Origin: the human T2T-CHM13v2.0 reference genome, Homo sapiens
Length of the DNA: 64,000 bases
Direction: 5' to 3' (one strand)
NCBI RefSeq assembly: GCF_009914755.1
Contig: NC_060929.1
Each line of letters starts with the position of its first letter. Positions within the stretch are counted from its first letter, which is position 1. Below, in pieces: positions 41,640 to 52,564 of this stretch. The notes under the pieces are model-generated. The model did not search any database. It was not told the DNA's origin and saw only the letters and a list, made by a program, of their open reading frames with translations. The translations under genes were made by a program, and so were the position numbers.

Positions 41640-43420
41640 AGGGCCATTTTGGTGTAGGTCACCAGGGCGGGACTGCAGCTGCTCTGGTGCAGGAGGCGGC
41701 AGACTCCATGCTGAAGAACTGGAGAGAGAGAGCTCCAGAAGATGCAGGGCCTCATGATCTGGCGCAGCACCAGCTACTGTGAGGACAGCCGGGTGCCCAT
41801 GCAGCAGGTGCACCCAGGCCTCCAGCACTGCCATGTGCCTCTGGCGCAAGCGCAGGTCTTGGTGACTGGTGAGTTGGAGAAGTCCCAGGACCGCCTGACT
41901 GGGGGCACCAGGCATTACAATGACAAAGCCAGATTCCCTAGATGCGGGGAGTGAGGGCTCCAGGTGAAGCAGCAGCTGCTGGCCATGTGACCATGGGTGC
42001 AGATGACCTTGTATGCCTCATCCTGACCGTGACCACAAAGCTGAAGGAGTCTCTCTCTTCTATTGGGAAATAAGTCTTTGCCTGTGGTCGTTGGGGCTGA
42101 GGGCAAGAATCTATTTTTTAAAAGGAATGGGATTTTTTTTTTTTTTTGAGACAGTCTTGCTCTGTCGTCCAGGCTGGAGTGCAGTGGCACAATCTCGGCT
42201 CACTGCAACCTCTGCCTCCTGGGTTCAAGCAAGTCTCCTGCCTCAGCCTCCTGAGTAGCTGAGATTACAGGTGTGTGCCACCAAGCCTGGCTAAATTTTG
42301 TATTTTTAGTAGAGACGGGGCTTCACCATGTTGAAGCCAGGCTGATCTCAAACTCCCAACCTCAAGTGATCTGCCCGCCTTGGCCTCCTAAAGTGCTGGG
42401 ATTACAGGCGTGAACCACTGTGCCCGGCTGAGAGTTTTAGTCTTTTAAGCAACATTTATAAATGAAGAAATTAGGGATGGCAGCAAGTGTAAGGGGAATG
42501 TTGCTTGCCTCTGGATGCTGGTTCCTCTGCGTTTCACTTCTAAAAAACTGGCCCTAAAACGTGTCAAGAGCTCGCACAGGAGTGTTTGGAGCCATATTTC
42601 CCATTGTCCTGGCAAAGCCGGGGCCCTCCATGGTGCCCGGCTCTTACTGCACAGGGACCAACAGGCCGGCCCATAAGAGCTGATGGGGTTGGTATTTCTG
42701 TTTGTTGCCAACCCCTGTTTACCGGAAGTGTCCCCACACCATTTTCCATAAGCTGTGAAACAAATGTCATAAGGTCTCTAATTTAGAAGGGGGAAGACCC
42801 AGGTTTCTGGGTCTTTGTTTCCTTGGTTTTGTGTTATGTGTGCCAGGGTGTAAAGTGGATTTTAAGATGTGGAATTGGGAGGTAGAGTGGTTTAGAATAA
42901 GAACTCCGAAAGGTTCCTTGTGGATCCCCTTTTCTGGCCATCGGGATGTGGATGTGCATTTGTTAAACTTCTCACACGCTGCATCCTTCAGCCTGGAGAC
43001 CCTTTGGAAACACGAGGTGACGCCACGGTAGTTATTCAGCTAAGCTTCCCTCTGACGGGCCCTGAGGCTGCCGCCATAGAGCGGCAGAACCGTGCAGTTC
43101 CTGGAGGAGAAGGGGGTTTTGATTGCGAAATGTTCCAGTATCCAGAGTGAACACTGAAGGAGGAGCCGTTGGCTACTTGGTAAGAGAGCTGTGAAGTCCT
43201 GGATTTGGGAAAACCTGTTTTCATAGAACAGGATGGGATGGAAGCCTAAACCCAGCATTCCTTACTAGCCCCTGAATTAACAGAGCCCAACGAAGACAAT
43301 CCCCTGGCAACAGGAAGTCAAGGGAGAAAGAAGGAGCCCCAGGCTGGGAGGAGTGCGGACTCCCTGAGCAAAGGAGTGACCCCCCACTGCTCACCAAACA
43401 CTAGCTGGGGGGCCTTTGCA
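41640..43420 (+). pseudogene. Processed pseudogene of FAM136A (CDS remnant 41664-42073 plus 3' UTR remnant), interrupted by an Alu
   Basis: ORF 41742..41954 MQGLMIWRSTSYCEDSRVPMQQVH...CHVPLAQAQVLVTGELEKSQDRL...NDKA and the shifted end [13 protein letters not shown] align by recognition to FAM136A (MQGLMFRCSASCCEDSQASMKQVH...EALLSIGK*); ATG>AGG; frameshifts; no introns; downstream sequence resembles the FAM136A 3' UTR. Confidence 0.88.
42133..42429 (-). mobile_element. AluSx-like inserted in the FAM136A retrocopy 3' UTR
   Basis: Poly-T plus full antisense Alu. Confidence 0.93.
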
Positions 43421-43747
43421 GTTGAACGGAGGTGGGGCCTGCAGATGCTGGGCAAGCTGCTTCCCTGCAGGAGGAAGCCAGTCTTGAGTCCTGGCTCACA
43501 CCACAGACAGCTTCAGGGCATGATGGAAGTTTCCAGAAGATAACAGGGCAGAGCTAGACCCATGAGGAAAGATTTCTCAGGACAAAAGCCTTCCCCATGT
43601 GGAGAGGATGGAAGGGTTGGGCCTTGTGGTGTCCACCAGGAGGGCGGGATGGCAGCGGGGACACCTTGCATGGAAGGCGGCCCAGAAGGGACTGGGCAAG
43701 GCAGCTGGACGGCTCAGTGGGGATTCCAGAAAGAGACACCTCCGCGC

Positions 43748-43915
43748 TGCACGCACGCAGCCACGCAGCCACCCACCCACGCAGCCACCCACCCACGCAG
43801 CACGCACAGACCCACGCACGCAGCCACCCACCCACGCAGCACGCACAGACCCACGCACGCAGCACGCACGCATCCAGGCACGCACACGCAGCCACCCACC
43901 CCCACAGGCGCACAT
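43748..43915. repeat. (CACGCA/CCAC)-rich low-complexity tandem tract
   Basis: ~16 CACGCA interleaved with CCACCCAC. Confidence 0.9.
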
Positions 43916-44019
43916 ACGCTGGCACCGCTGAACAGCCAAAATATACACGATGGTTCTTCTTATGGTTCAGGAGGTGGAAAGTTGAAACCATAGCAAGAAA
44001 CGTGGCCTATCCACCGCAG

Positions 44020-44625
44020 CGACTAAAAGATAAAGAGCGAAAAGGACAAACATTGGCCAGAAGGTGCAGCGGCTGGAGCGTTCGCGCCTTAACTGGAAGA
44101 GGAGCCGCCCCGCCTGGGAGGCCGCTCTGGCGCCCGGCTGGTGCCGGGCAGGAGGCCCTTGCGGACCCAGCGGCCTCCTCGTCGGCAACGCCCACCCCGC
44201 GGTTCAGCCACGGAGCGGATGCCGTGTGCAGGCACGGAACGGGCGAGACTGTTGCGCTGCAGGTGCCCCCACGGTCGCGATGCGGGGCAGGGGGATGCCT
44301 GTGGGTATCATCCCTCCACGTGGAGTCCGCGCACAGTACCAGCCCCCACACGGAGGGCGGCCCGGACTCAGAGGCACAGGCAGAAGCAGCCTCGCGGGTG
44401 CCGGCGATGCCCTGTGGCCTCATCTGGGTGGGGTCCCGCGGGGTGTTTTCTTGAAGGTGACTCACCCAACGGTGTGTTCGTGATTGGGCGCTTTTTGGCC
44501 TAGGTTACCCTCCAGTTACAAGTCCTTAGGAAGGCACCATGGCAGAGCCGCGGAGGAGTGCACCGCGGGGATGCTGGCGCCGCCCTTTTCACCTCGAGGG
44601 GTCTCTGTTCCTCTGTTCACCGCTT
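44020..44625. promoter_or_regulatory. Intragenic CpG island, candidate internal promoter
   Basis: High GC and CpG density in non-repeat sequence; GC box ccgccccgcc ~44105; E-box CACGTG ~44317; inverted CCAAT (gattgg) ~44482. Confidence 0.6.
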
Positions 44626-45688
44626 TCTGTGACAGCGCATTCACAGAAGGGAACTGCGGAGGCACAGACAGAGTCCAGCCCCTTTAGTGAGGGCCACCTC
44701 CTCCTTCTGCTCTCCTGAGGCTGTGTCTCATCTTGTTCGGGGAGCCCCGCAGGTCCTTGCCATTGGGTTGCTTGAAGATGCTCGTCCCTTTAGGGTGAGT
44801 TTGTTAGTTACATTCCTCTGAAGTCTTGACTCTTAAGGAGCTCCTCCTCCAGTTAGGAAGAACCACTTGGTTATTATCACGATAATAAATGCCATTTAGA
44901 ATTAGGTCACCCAGAAAGAGTCCTAAGGTTCTAGCAGTCCCTGGCACGGTTAATTATTCGGGGCTGGCGGGTGGCGGGCCAGGCTCCAGGTGCAGATGCC
45001 TGACTTTCTTCAGTTAGGAGAAAGGAGAGGACGGTGGGATGGCCGGCCTTCCTCAGGCGCCGACACGCTCACTGGCAGTGGTGACAGCTGAGTACCCCTT
45101 GAAGTCAGTCTTCGTGGCCCGCAGTGTCAGCCTCTGTCGCCAGACATGGACCCTGGGTGCCTGTGAGGGTCAGCCTCTGTGTCAGGGCCCAGATTAGCTT
45201 CTGAGCAGGTGGAAGGAGAGAGGACTAGAGAGAGGCCTGTGAACTGGCAGGTCCTTGAGGCATCGTGAAAGTGGGTGAAGGTTGAGGCCTGGGTGTCAGG
45301 AAGAAGGAAATCACAGGCCATAAGATGTGAAGTGATGGGAAACCGAGTCACAAAGAGTCCAAGTCGACAGGAAAGTGGATGTCTTGGCCCCAGAGTGTCT
45401 GCGGCCCAGAAGATGCCCGTCTCTTAGCCTCCCGCTTGCCCCGAAAGGCTGGATGTGGGCACCACTTGGCGGGCAGACGGGTGGGCGGGTGCTCCAGGCA
45501 ACTTAGACATCTTCTCAGGAGGGAGTGGGGAACCGGGGCCAAGCGCCGTCTCTTCGGTGGGATTCTCTCCCTGTGGCTGTGACTTGCTTTGACAAGCGGA
45601 GTGGAAATTTTTCGGTTACTCGTCGGTGGAATAAAGTGTCTAAAGCCACTTGGGGTAAGGCTGAAATAATCTTGTTGCGCTATTTCAG

Positions 45689-45818
45689 ACGGATGTAATG
45701 CACCAGAACATTTATGACTACATCCACGTGGACGACCGCCAGGACTTCTGCCGGCAGCTCCACTGGGCCATGGACCCTCCCCAGGTGGTGTTTGGGCAGC
45801 CCCCGCCCTTGGAGACAG
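45689..45818 (+). CDS. AHRR: AHRR coding exon (exon 6; [43 protein letters not shown])
   Basis: tttcag|ACG acceptor, 130 nt, ACAG|gtgggt donor; phase 0 in, phase 1 out, matches the neighbouring exons. Confidence 0.97.
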
Positions 45819-46800
45819 GTGGGTGTCTGGGGTCCAAGTGAGTCAGCAAAACCTAAAGCAGGTCCCATAACACATCGCTGCCTCTGGAAATGACCCTGTC
45901 GCACCTTCTTGGTGTGCTTTGCCTTACACATTGACCTTAGCGCCAAATCTCACCTTTCTTCAGAGGCCTCCTCCCATGTCCCTCCCTGTCCTCTGATTCG
46001 GCTGCCACAGCTCTGTGTGGCTCGAGTGTGCTTCACTCCTGGTTGCTTTCCTGGGCTCTGCCAGGCTTGAGGTCACCGCCATTCTTGTCACCTCACCACG
46101 AGCTGCAGTCCTGGCCTCTTGTTTTGCAAACTCCCCTCAAGTCTCACGTCTGCCAGGAAGTTTCATACAGTTTGCTTCATACTAGAGTTATCCAATAAAA
46201 GTCCCTGAAAGATTGTTGCCATTCAGAGTTGGTTGCCCCTTTTCACAGAAGACCCCTGCACAGGGCTTGCCCTCAACCTCCCTGTGGCGCTGACTGATGA
46301 GATAAGCCTGGCAGGTGTGGAGCTCCTTGACAGGCAATGACAGGCGGGGGCTGTGCTGGGACAGTTGCATCTGGGCTCTGAGGAGAGGCGACACCTGCCC
46401 GCGGTCCTGTGCAGAGGGTGGCTCCTGGGTTCTCTCGCATGTATCCGCAGAAGCCTGAAATAATTCACGGAAAGTTTCCACCATGACAGTATGATTGACC
46501 TTAAAACAGCAAAGCTCAGGCACCTACATGCAAGACCCTTCTGTAAAGCTAAAAACAAGCAAGATGAAACCATTGGTCCATCGTCATGCATGCACATGTA
46601 CTAAAAACGATGTTTTTAAAGGCAAAGGATGATGAAGGCAAAATTTGAGTGACATCTAGAGGGATGCTGGGGGCGGGAGGATGGCACAGTGATAGGGTTT
46701 ACATGACCTGGCGCGTGAGAGCCGTGGGCGTGGTTGTGCGTGTGACACGTATGTTTTGGCTTCTCCCACCGCCACGCCCCTTGGCCCCTATGGTCTGCAG

Positions 46801-46937
46801 GAGATGATGCTATCCTGGGGAGGCTGCTCAGGGCCCAGGAGTGGGGCACAGGCACGCCCACCGAGTACTCGGCCTTCCTGACCCGCTGCTTCATCTGCCG
46901 TGTGCGCTGCCTGCTGGACAGCACCTCGGGCTTCCTG
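46801..46937 (+). CDS. AHRR: AHRR coding exon (exon 7; [10 protein letters not shown]...[18 protein letters not shown])
   Basis: ctgcag|GA acceptor, 137 nt, CTG|gtgagt donor; contains the AHR/AHRR-conserved RCLLDxxSGFL motif. Confidence 0.97.
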
Positions 46938-47019
46938 GTGAGTGCGTGGGTCCCTGGCAGGGGGCTCCCGACATCTGGGATGCATTCTACCCTGGTGTGG
47001 AAGGAAACAGAGGGCAAGA

Positions 47020-47700
47020 GGGGGTGGGGGCGTTAAACCACATGTCCCTGGTGGAGGGACGGGGGCCGGTGCTGAGCTCTGTGTACCCTGTGATGGTGTG
47101 GGGGTGTTAACCCATGTGTCTCTGGTGGGTGGGAGAGGGCTGGGCACTGAGCTCTGTGCACCCTGTGATGGTGTGGGATGTTAACCCATGTGTCTCTGGT
47201 GGGGGGGCGAGGGCCGGTGCTGAGCTCTGTGCACCCTGTGATGGTGTGGGGGCTTTAACCCACGTGTCTCTGGTGGGTGGGAGAGGGCTGGGCACTGAGC
47301 TCTGTGTACCCTGTGATGGTGTGGGGGTGTTAACCCATGTGTCCCTGGTGGGGGGGCGAGGGCCGGTGCTGAGCTCTGTGCACCCTGTGATGGTATGGGG
47401 GTGTTAACCCATGTGTCTCTGGTAGGTGGGAGAGGGCTGGGCACTGAGCTCTGTGTACCCTGTGATGGTGTGGGGGTGTTAACCCATGTGTCTCTGGTGG
47501 GGGGGCGAGGGCCGGTGCTGAGCTCTGTGCACCCTGTGATGGTATGGGGGTGTTAACCCATGTGTCTCTGGTAGGTGGGAGAGGGCTGGGCACTGAGCTC
47601 TGTGCACCCTGTGATGGTGTGGGGGTGTTAACCCATGTGTCTCTGGTGGGTGGGAGAGGGCTGGGCACTGAGCTCTGTGTACCCGGCGATGGTGTGGGGC
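47020..47700. repeat. 74/75-bp minisatellite, 9 units, alternating A/B types
   Basis: ttaa anchors at 47033, 47107, 47181, 47255, 47330, 47404, 47479, 47553, 47628. Confidence 0.95.
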
Positions 47701-48495
47701 TGTGACGCCTCTGGGCATGCATGATGAGTCAACCGTGAGGCCTGCTGTGGTGGACAAGCCAGGTCGATGAGAATGTAAAACTCTGCAGTAGGTTTATACT
47801 CTAGTTGTACCTTTATTTAAAACTTATTAAAATATTTTTTAAAATGTGCCCCACATCTGCCAAGGGCTGGCAAACTGGGAGAGCCTCTGGCTGTGGCTGG
47901 CGTGAGTGGCTGAGCCCATGGCATCTGCTGAGCTTTTTGGTTTCACCCTCTTCTCTTGCAAACAGATACTTGGGGTTTTCACTTCTGCTATTTGACCATT
48001 TCTTCTTCCAGCTCCTCATTGAATCAGAGAACTCCTCCCCATCGGACATGTCAGGGCAAAGGCCTCCCACCCTGTCCCAGAGCCCTGCCCACCTTGCAGA
48101 CCCTCCAGGCACTGTGGTCCCCCTGGCCACAGCACAGTCAGCCCTGGGTCATGGCCCCTCAGAGCCCCAGTGGTGGCCCTTGCTGTCTCCTGGCTGCAAT
48201 TCAATGCCACAAGGCCCTCAGACCCCAGCACCCCACAAGGCCCTCTGACTCCAGCACTGTAGCTGGGCAGGCCCCCTGGGCTCAGCTTTCCACCCATTTG
48301 TGGACCCATGACCTCCTGGGGACCTTGGGTGCAGACGGTCCCCATGGCAGAGGTACCTGTGGGTCTGCCTGTTTCTGTGTCTTTCCCACCCACTGGGTGC
48401 CTGGTGGAAGGACCAGCTCTCCACAGGCCCCAGATCTGTTGCCACGCACACGCCCCAGGGCACATCTTTCATTTAGGTAGCTAGGGACAATAAAG

Positions 48496-48705
48496 TTTTA
48501 TTTATTTATTTATTTATTTTTGATGGAGTCTCGCTCTGTCACCCAGGCTGGAGTGCCTGGTGCAATCTCGGCTCACTGCAAGCTCCGCCTCCTGGGTTCA
48601 CGCCATTCTCCTGCCTCAGCCTCCTGAGTAGCTGGGACTACAGGCGCCTGCCACCACGCCCGGCTAATTTTTTTGTATTTTTAGTAGAGACAGTGTTTCA
48701 CTGTT
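48496..48705 (-). mobile_element. AluY, 5'-truncated
   Basis: gcaagctccgcctcc...ttcacgccattctc AluY diagnostics; (TTTA)n tail. Confidence 0.9.
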
Positions 48706-49376
48706 GGTATTTTGTTCTAAATTTTGAGGAAATTAAGATACTTACTTTTATTGGCTAAGGAATGTTGTTCGTTTTTTAAAATTGTATAACCAATTCCTGG
48801 TTAATTAAAAACTCTTATTTCTAGGTGACCCAAAATTGGAAGGATTTTACTGTGCAGCCACTGGAATATAGTTTAAAATGGAATTGTCAAACAAAGAACT
48901 GAATGGAGGAAACAAGCCAGAGAAATTAGATTGATGCTAAAATATTGCAATAAGGTTTACACAAATACGTGTCTGATTCTGTTTTCCCATTAAAATCCAT
49001 TCATCCACAGCACCATAAAGGGCTCCTGTATTGACACAGAATACACCAAGACCCTGCAGGACCTCACGGCTCTTCCCGGCTTTCACCCTGAGTGGTGCAG
49101 TCTTGGCAATGCGGGTGTCATGGAAGCTCCCTCATGCCACCCACAGGGCCAACTGAAAATGGTAGTTTTTGAGATTCGGCTGAAATTAACTTGGGAGCTT
49201 GAAATCAGCTGTGTTGGGAATATTTATACTAAAAAAATTGGCAAACACTGCATATCTGGGAATTTTTCCCCCTGGAGAGCTAGATGTTAAACATTTCCCA
49301 GCACACCGCTGCCTTGAATCCCCACCAATTATGTGACTGCTACACAGCAGGTGTTTATTATTTGTTTAATATATCC

Positions 49377-50320
49377 ATGGACAGATGGAAAGATGGATGA
49401 ATGGATGAATGGATGGTTGGATAGATGGGAAGATGGATGGATGGATGGATGGATGAGTGGATGGATGAGTGGATGGATGGATGAGAAGATGATGGATGGT
49501 TGGATAGGAAGATGATGGATGGATGGGAAGATGGATGGGTGGATGGATGGATGGACAGATGGAAAGATGGATGAATGGATGGATGGATGGTTGGATAGAT
49601 GGGAAGATGGATGGATGGACAGATGGAAAGATGGGTGAATGGATGGATGGATGGTTGGATAGATGGGAAGATGGATGGATGGATGGATGAGTGAATGGAT
49701 GAATGGGAAGATGACGGATGGATAGATGGACAGATGGATGGATGAATGGGAAGATGGATGGGTAGGTGCATAGATGGACAAATGGAAAGATGGATGGATG
49801 GACAGATGGATGGGTGGATGGATGGATGGATAGATAGAAAGATGGATGGGTGGATGGGTGGACGGATGGATGGATAGATGGATGGGTGGATGGATGGCTA
49901 GATGGACAGATAGATGGATGGATGGATGGATGGGAAGATGATGGATGCATGGACAGATGGATGAATGGATAGGAAGATGGATGGATGGATGGATAGATGG
50001 GAATATGATGGATGGGTGGAAACATGGATAGATGGATGGATGGGTGGATGGATGAATGGATGGATGGGTGGGTGGGTGGCTGGGTAGATGAATGTATGGG
50101 AAGATGGATGGATGGAAACATGGCTGGATGGATGGGAAGATGATGGATGGAAACATGGATGGATGGATGGATGGGTGGATGTGAAGATGGATGGGTGGGT
50201 GGATGGATGGATGGGAAGATGATGGATGGATGGGTGGGTGGATGGATGGGTGGATGGATGGATGGATGGAAAGATAGATTGGTGGATGGATGGATGGATA
50301 GAAAGATAGATGGATGAAAT
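49377..50320. repeat. Degenerate (GGAT/TGGA)n simple repeat, ~0.95 kb
   Basis: atggatggatgg with gggaag and gatag interruptions. Confidence 0.97.
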
Positions 50321-50824
50321 AAGGATAGAGGGTGGAGCCACATTGTGGGGTGATTCTTCCATACAAGGCAGGAGTACCCCTGAAGGCCCTTGGTAAACAA
50401 CTAAATTATACATCAGCCTTCCCTTTGTAGAGAGATATTTTATTTTCTTATATAACAAACTCCTAGCTTACTTGCTGGCTTTTAAAGTCTCACTGTACAC
50501 CCTAGATAAATAAAATCAAGTCGTGCCTAAATTTCATCATTACAAATGAAGAATTGATAATTTGGAAATGGAGTGTTAAAGCTGAAACAATCCTTGGAGA
50601 TCATCCACTCCTGCGAATTCTTGCCAGGGGGTTTGCCGCTGGCCCGGCTGTGGGCAGGTGGCAGGTCCCACAGGCGCAGTTCGTGCCACCTGCGCATGGG
50701 GTGGCACACATGAACAGGCACACACGCGGGAATGAACCTGTCAAAGGCCGTCGCCGCGGCTCCAGAGAAACTGGGAGTGGGGGATGGTTTCAGGATGATT
50801 CAAGCACATCGAATCACTCTGCAG

Positions 50825-50878
50825 GCCCGGGGGTCACAGGCTTGGCAGCTGCGGCTCTGCTGTCCCGAGCCACTCATG
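50825..50878 (+). CDS. AHRR: AHRR alternative 54-nt cassette exon ('exon 8', ARGSQAWQLRLCCPEPLM)
   Basis: ctctgcag|GCC acceptor and ATG|gtgagc donor; 18 codons, phase 0/0; matches the 18-aa insert separating the long human AHRR isoform from the active delta-8 form. Confidence 0.85.
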
Positions 50879-50994
50879 GTGAGCTGCCTCCCTACGAATT
50901 CCAGCCGCTGTCGCGCCCTTGAGTTCTGTGTCCTGTGACCACCTTGCCAGGCCACTTGGTGAACACGCCTTCCTCTCTGTCTTTAAAACACCAG

Positions 50995-51194
50995 ACGATG
51001 CAGTTTCAAGGAAAACTAAAATTCCTGTTTGGACAGAAGAAGAAGGCGCCGTCAGGAGCCATGCTCCCGCCGCGGCTGTCGCTGTTCTGCATTGCGGCAC
51101 CCGTTCTCCTCCCCTCCGCAGCGGAGATGAAAATGAGGAGCGCGCTCCTGAGGGCAAAACCCAGAGCAGACACCGCAGCCACCGCGGATGCAAA
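50995..51194 (+). CDS. AHRR: AHRR coding exon ([17 protein letters not shown]...TAATADAK)
   Basis: ccag|ACG acceptor, 200 nt, AA|gtgagt donor; [10 protein letters not shown] motif conserved in the AHR family. Confidence 0.97.
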
Positions 51195-51719
51195 GTGAGT
51201 AAGACTCGCCCTTCACAGCCACATGGTGCCTGCTGGCGGCCCCACAAAACACCTCCACACTCAGTGTTTTCTGTGTCTTCTTTCTTCATTTCCAGCCAGT
51301 AACAAGTAAGTTTCGTGTCGTAAAAGTCATTACACAACATAGGCAGCAGCGATTAGATGAAACAATGTTTTTCAAACTCGTATTTGCAAACTGGCACCAA
51401 ACGTTGCCTGTATCGATTCATTCCTAAATCATCCTGTTACAGAACCAGTTTCAGAATAAGTGTCCTGACCCCGTGTCCTCAAGAAAATGGGGAGCTGGCT
51501 GTGGCCCCTGCCTTTCTCCATCTCTTGGCTGCCCGCCCTTCACACCGTCTGTCTATGGACAAGTGGAGGTAGTTCCCGGCTGCAGGACATGCCGGAGAGA
51601 TGCGTCCCTGGTGGGCAGATGGAGGGTGAACGGCACAGCTGCCCCTCCAGCTGGTCCTCGTCCCTGGCCAACCCAGGCCTACCCACAGCTCCCTCAGCCT
51701 TTCAGAAGTAGAAAACACC

Positions 51720-52254
51720 CTGTTGGTCCCCGAGCTTGTTGGTACTAGGGACCAGTTTGGTGGAAGACAATTTTTCCACAGACTGGGAGTGGGGGGATGG
51801 TTTCAGGATGATTCAAGCACATTACATTTACTCACTATGCATTTCATTTCTGTTTTTTTACATTGTAATATATAATGAAATAATTATACAACTTGGCATA
51901 ATGTAGAACCAGTGGTAGCTCTGAGCTTGTTTTCCTGTAACTAGGCGGCCCCATGGCGGGGGTGGGGGTGATGGGAGACAGTGACAGATCATCAGGCATT
52001 AGATTCTCATGAGCTCGAACCTAGGGCTCTCCCTCACATGCACAGTTCACAACAGGGTTCACAGTCCTGTGAGAATCATGCCCCAGCTGAGCTGACAGGC
52101 AGTGGAGCTCTGGCGGTCACGCGAGCAGTGGGGAGTGGCTGTAAATATAGATGAAGCTTCACTCGCTTGCGCAGGGCCCACCTCCTGCCATGCAGGTTGG
52201 CTCCTAGAGGCCATGGACGGGTACCAATCTGTGGCTGGGGGCTGGGGACCCCTG
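51720..52254 (+). mobile_element. MER1A (hAT-Charlie) DNA transposon, near full length
   Basis: ggtcccc...agggaccagtttggtggaagacaatttttccac start; cagatcatcaggcattagattctcat core; ggggacccctg end. Confidence 0.88.
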
Positions 52255-52370
52255 CCCTTGGGGATTCGTGTCTATAGTTTCCTAGAATGTGTTAAGTCTG
52301 CCTTGCGTGCTGGGAGAGATGCAAATGCTGTGCCTATAGAAACTGTGTTCCACCTGCTGGGAACACACCA

Positions 52371-52564
52371 GTGAGGTAGGGCCGGGGCTGCCAGGATGCC
52401 AGAGATCCAACTTCCTCTCAGAGAATCGTGCAGGAGTGAGGTAGGGCTGGGCTGCCAGGATGCCAGAGATCCAACTTCCTCTCAGAGAATCTTGCAGGAG
52501 TGAGGTAGGGCCGGGGCCGCCAGGATGCCGGAGATCCAACTTCCTCTCAGAGAATCGTGCAGGA
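52371..52564. repeat. 64/65-bp tandem repeat x3
   Basis: gtgaggtagggc...ccaggatgccagagatccaacttcctctcagagaatcgtgcagga. Confidence 0.95.

Noticed and set aside
43597-44454. 285-aa ORF
   Set aside because: Low-complexity repeat plus CpG island; no recognisable homology; long ORFs are expected at this GC content
49329-50458. His/Pro/Ser/Ile-rich ORFs of ~345 aa
   Set aside because: Translation of the (CCAT)n simple repeat
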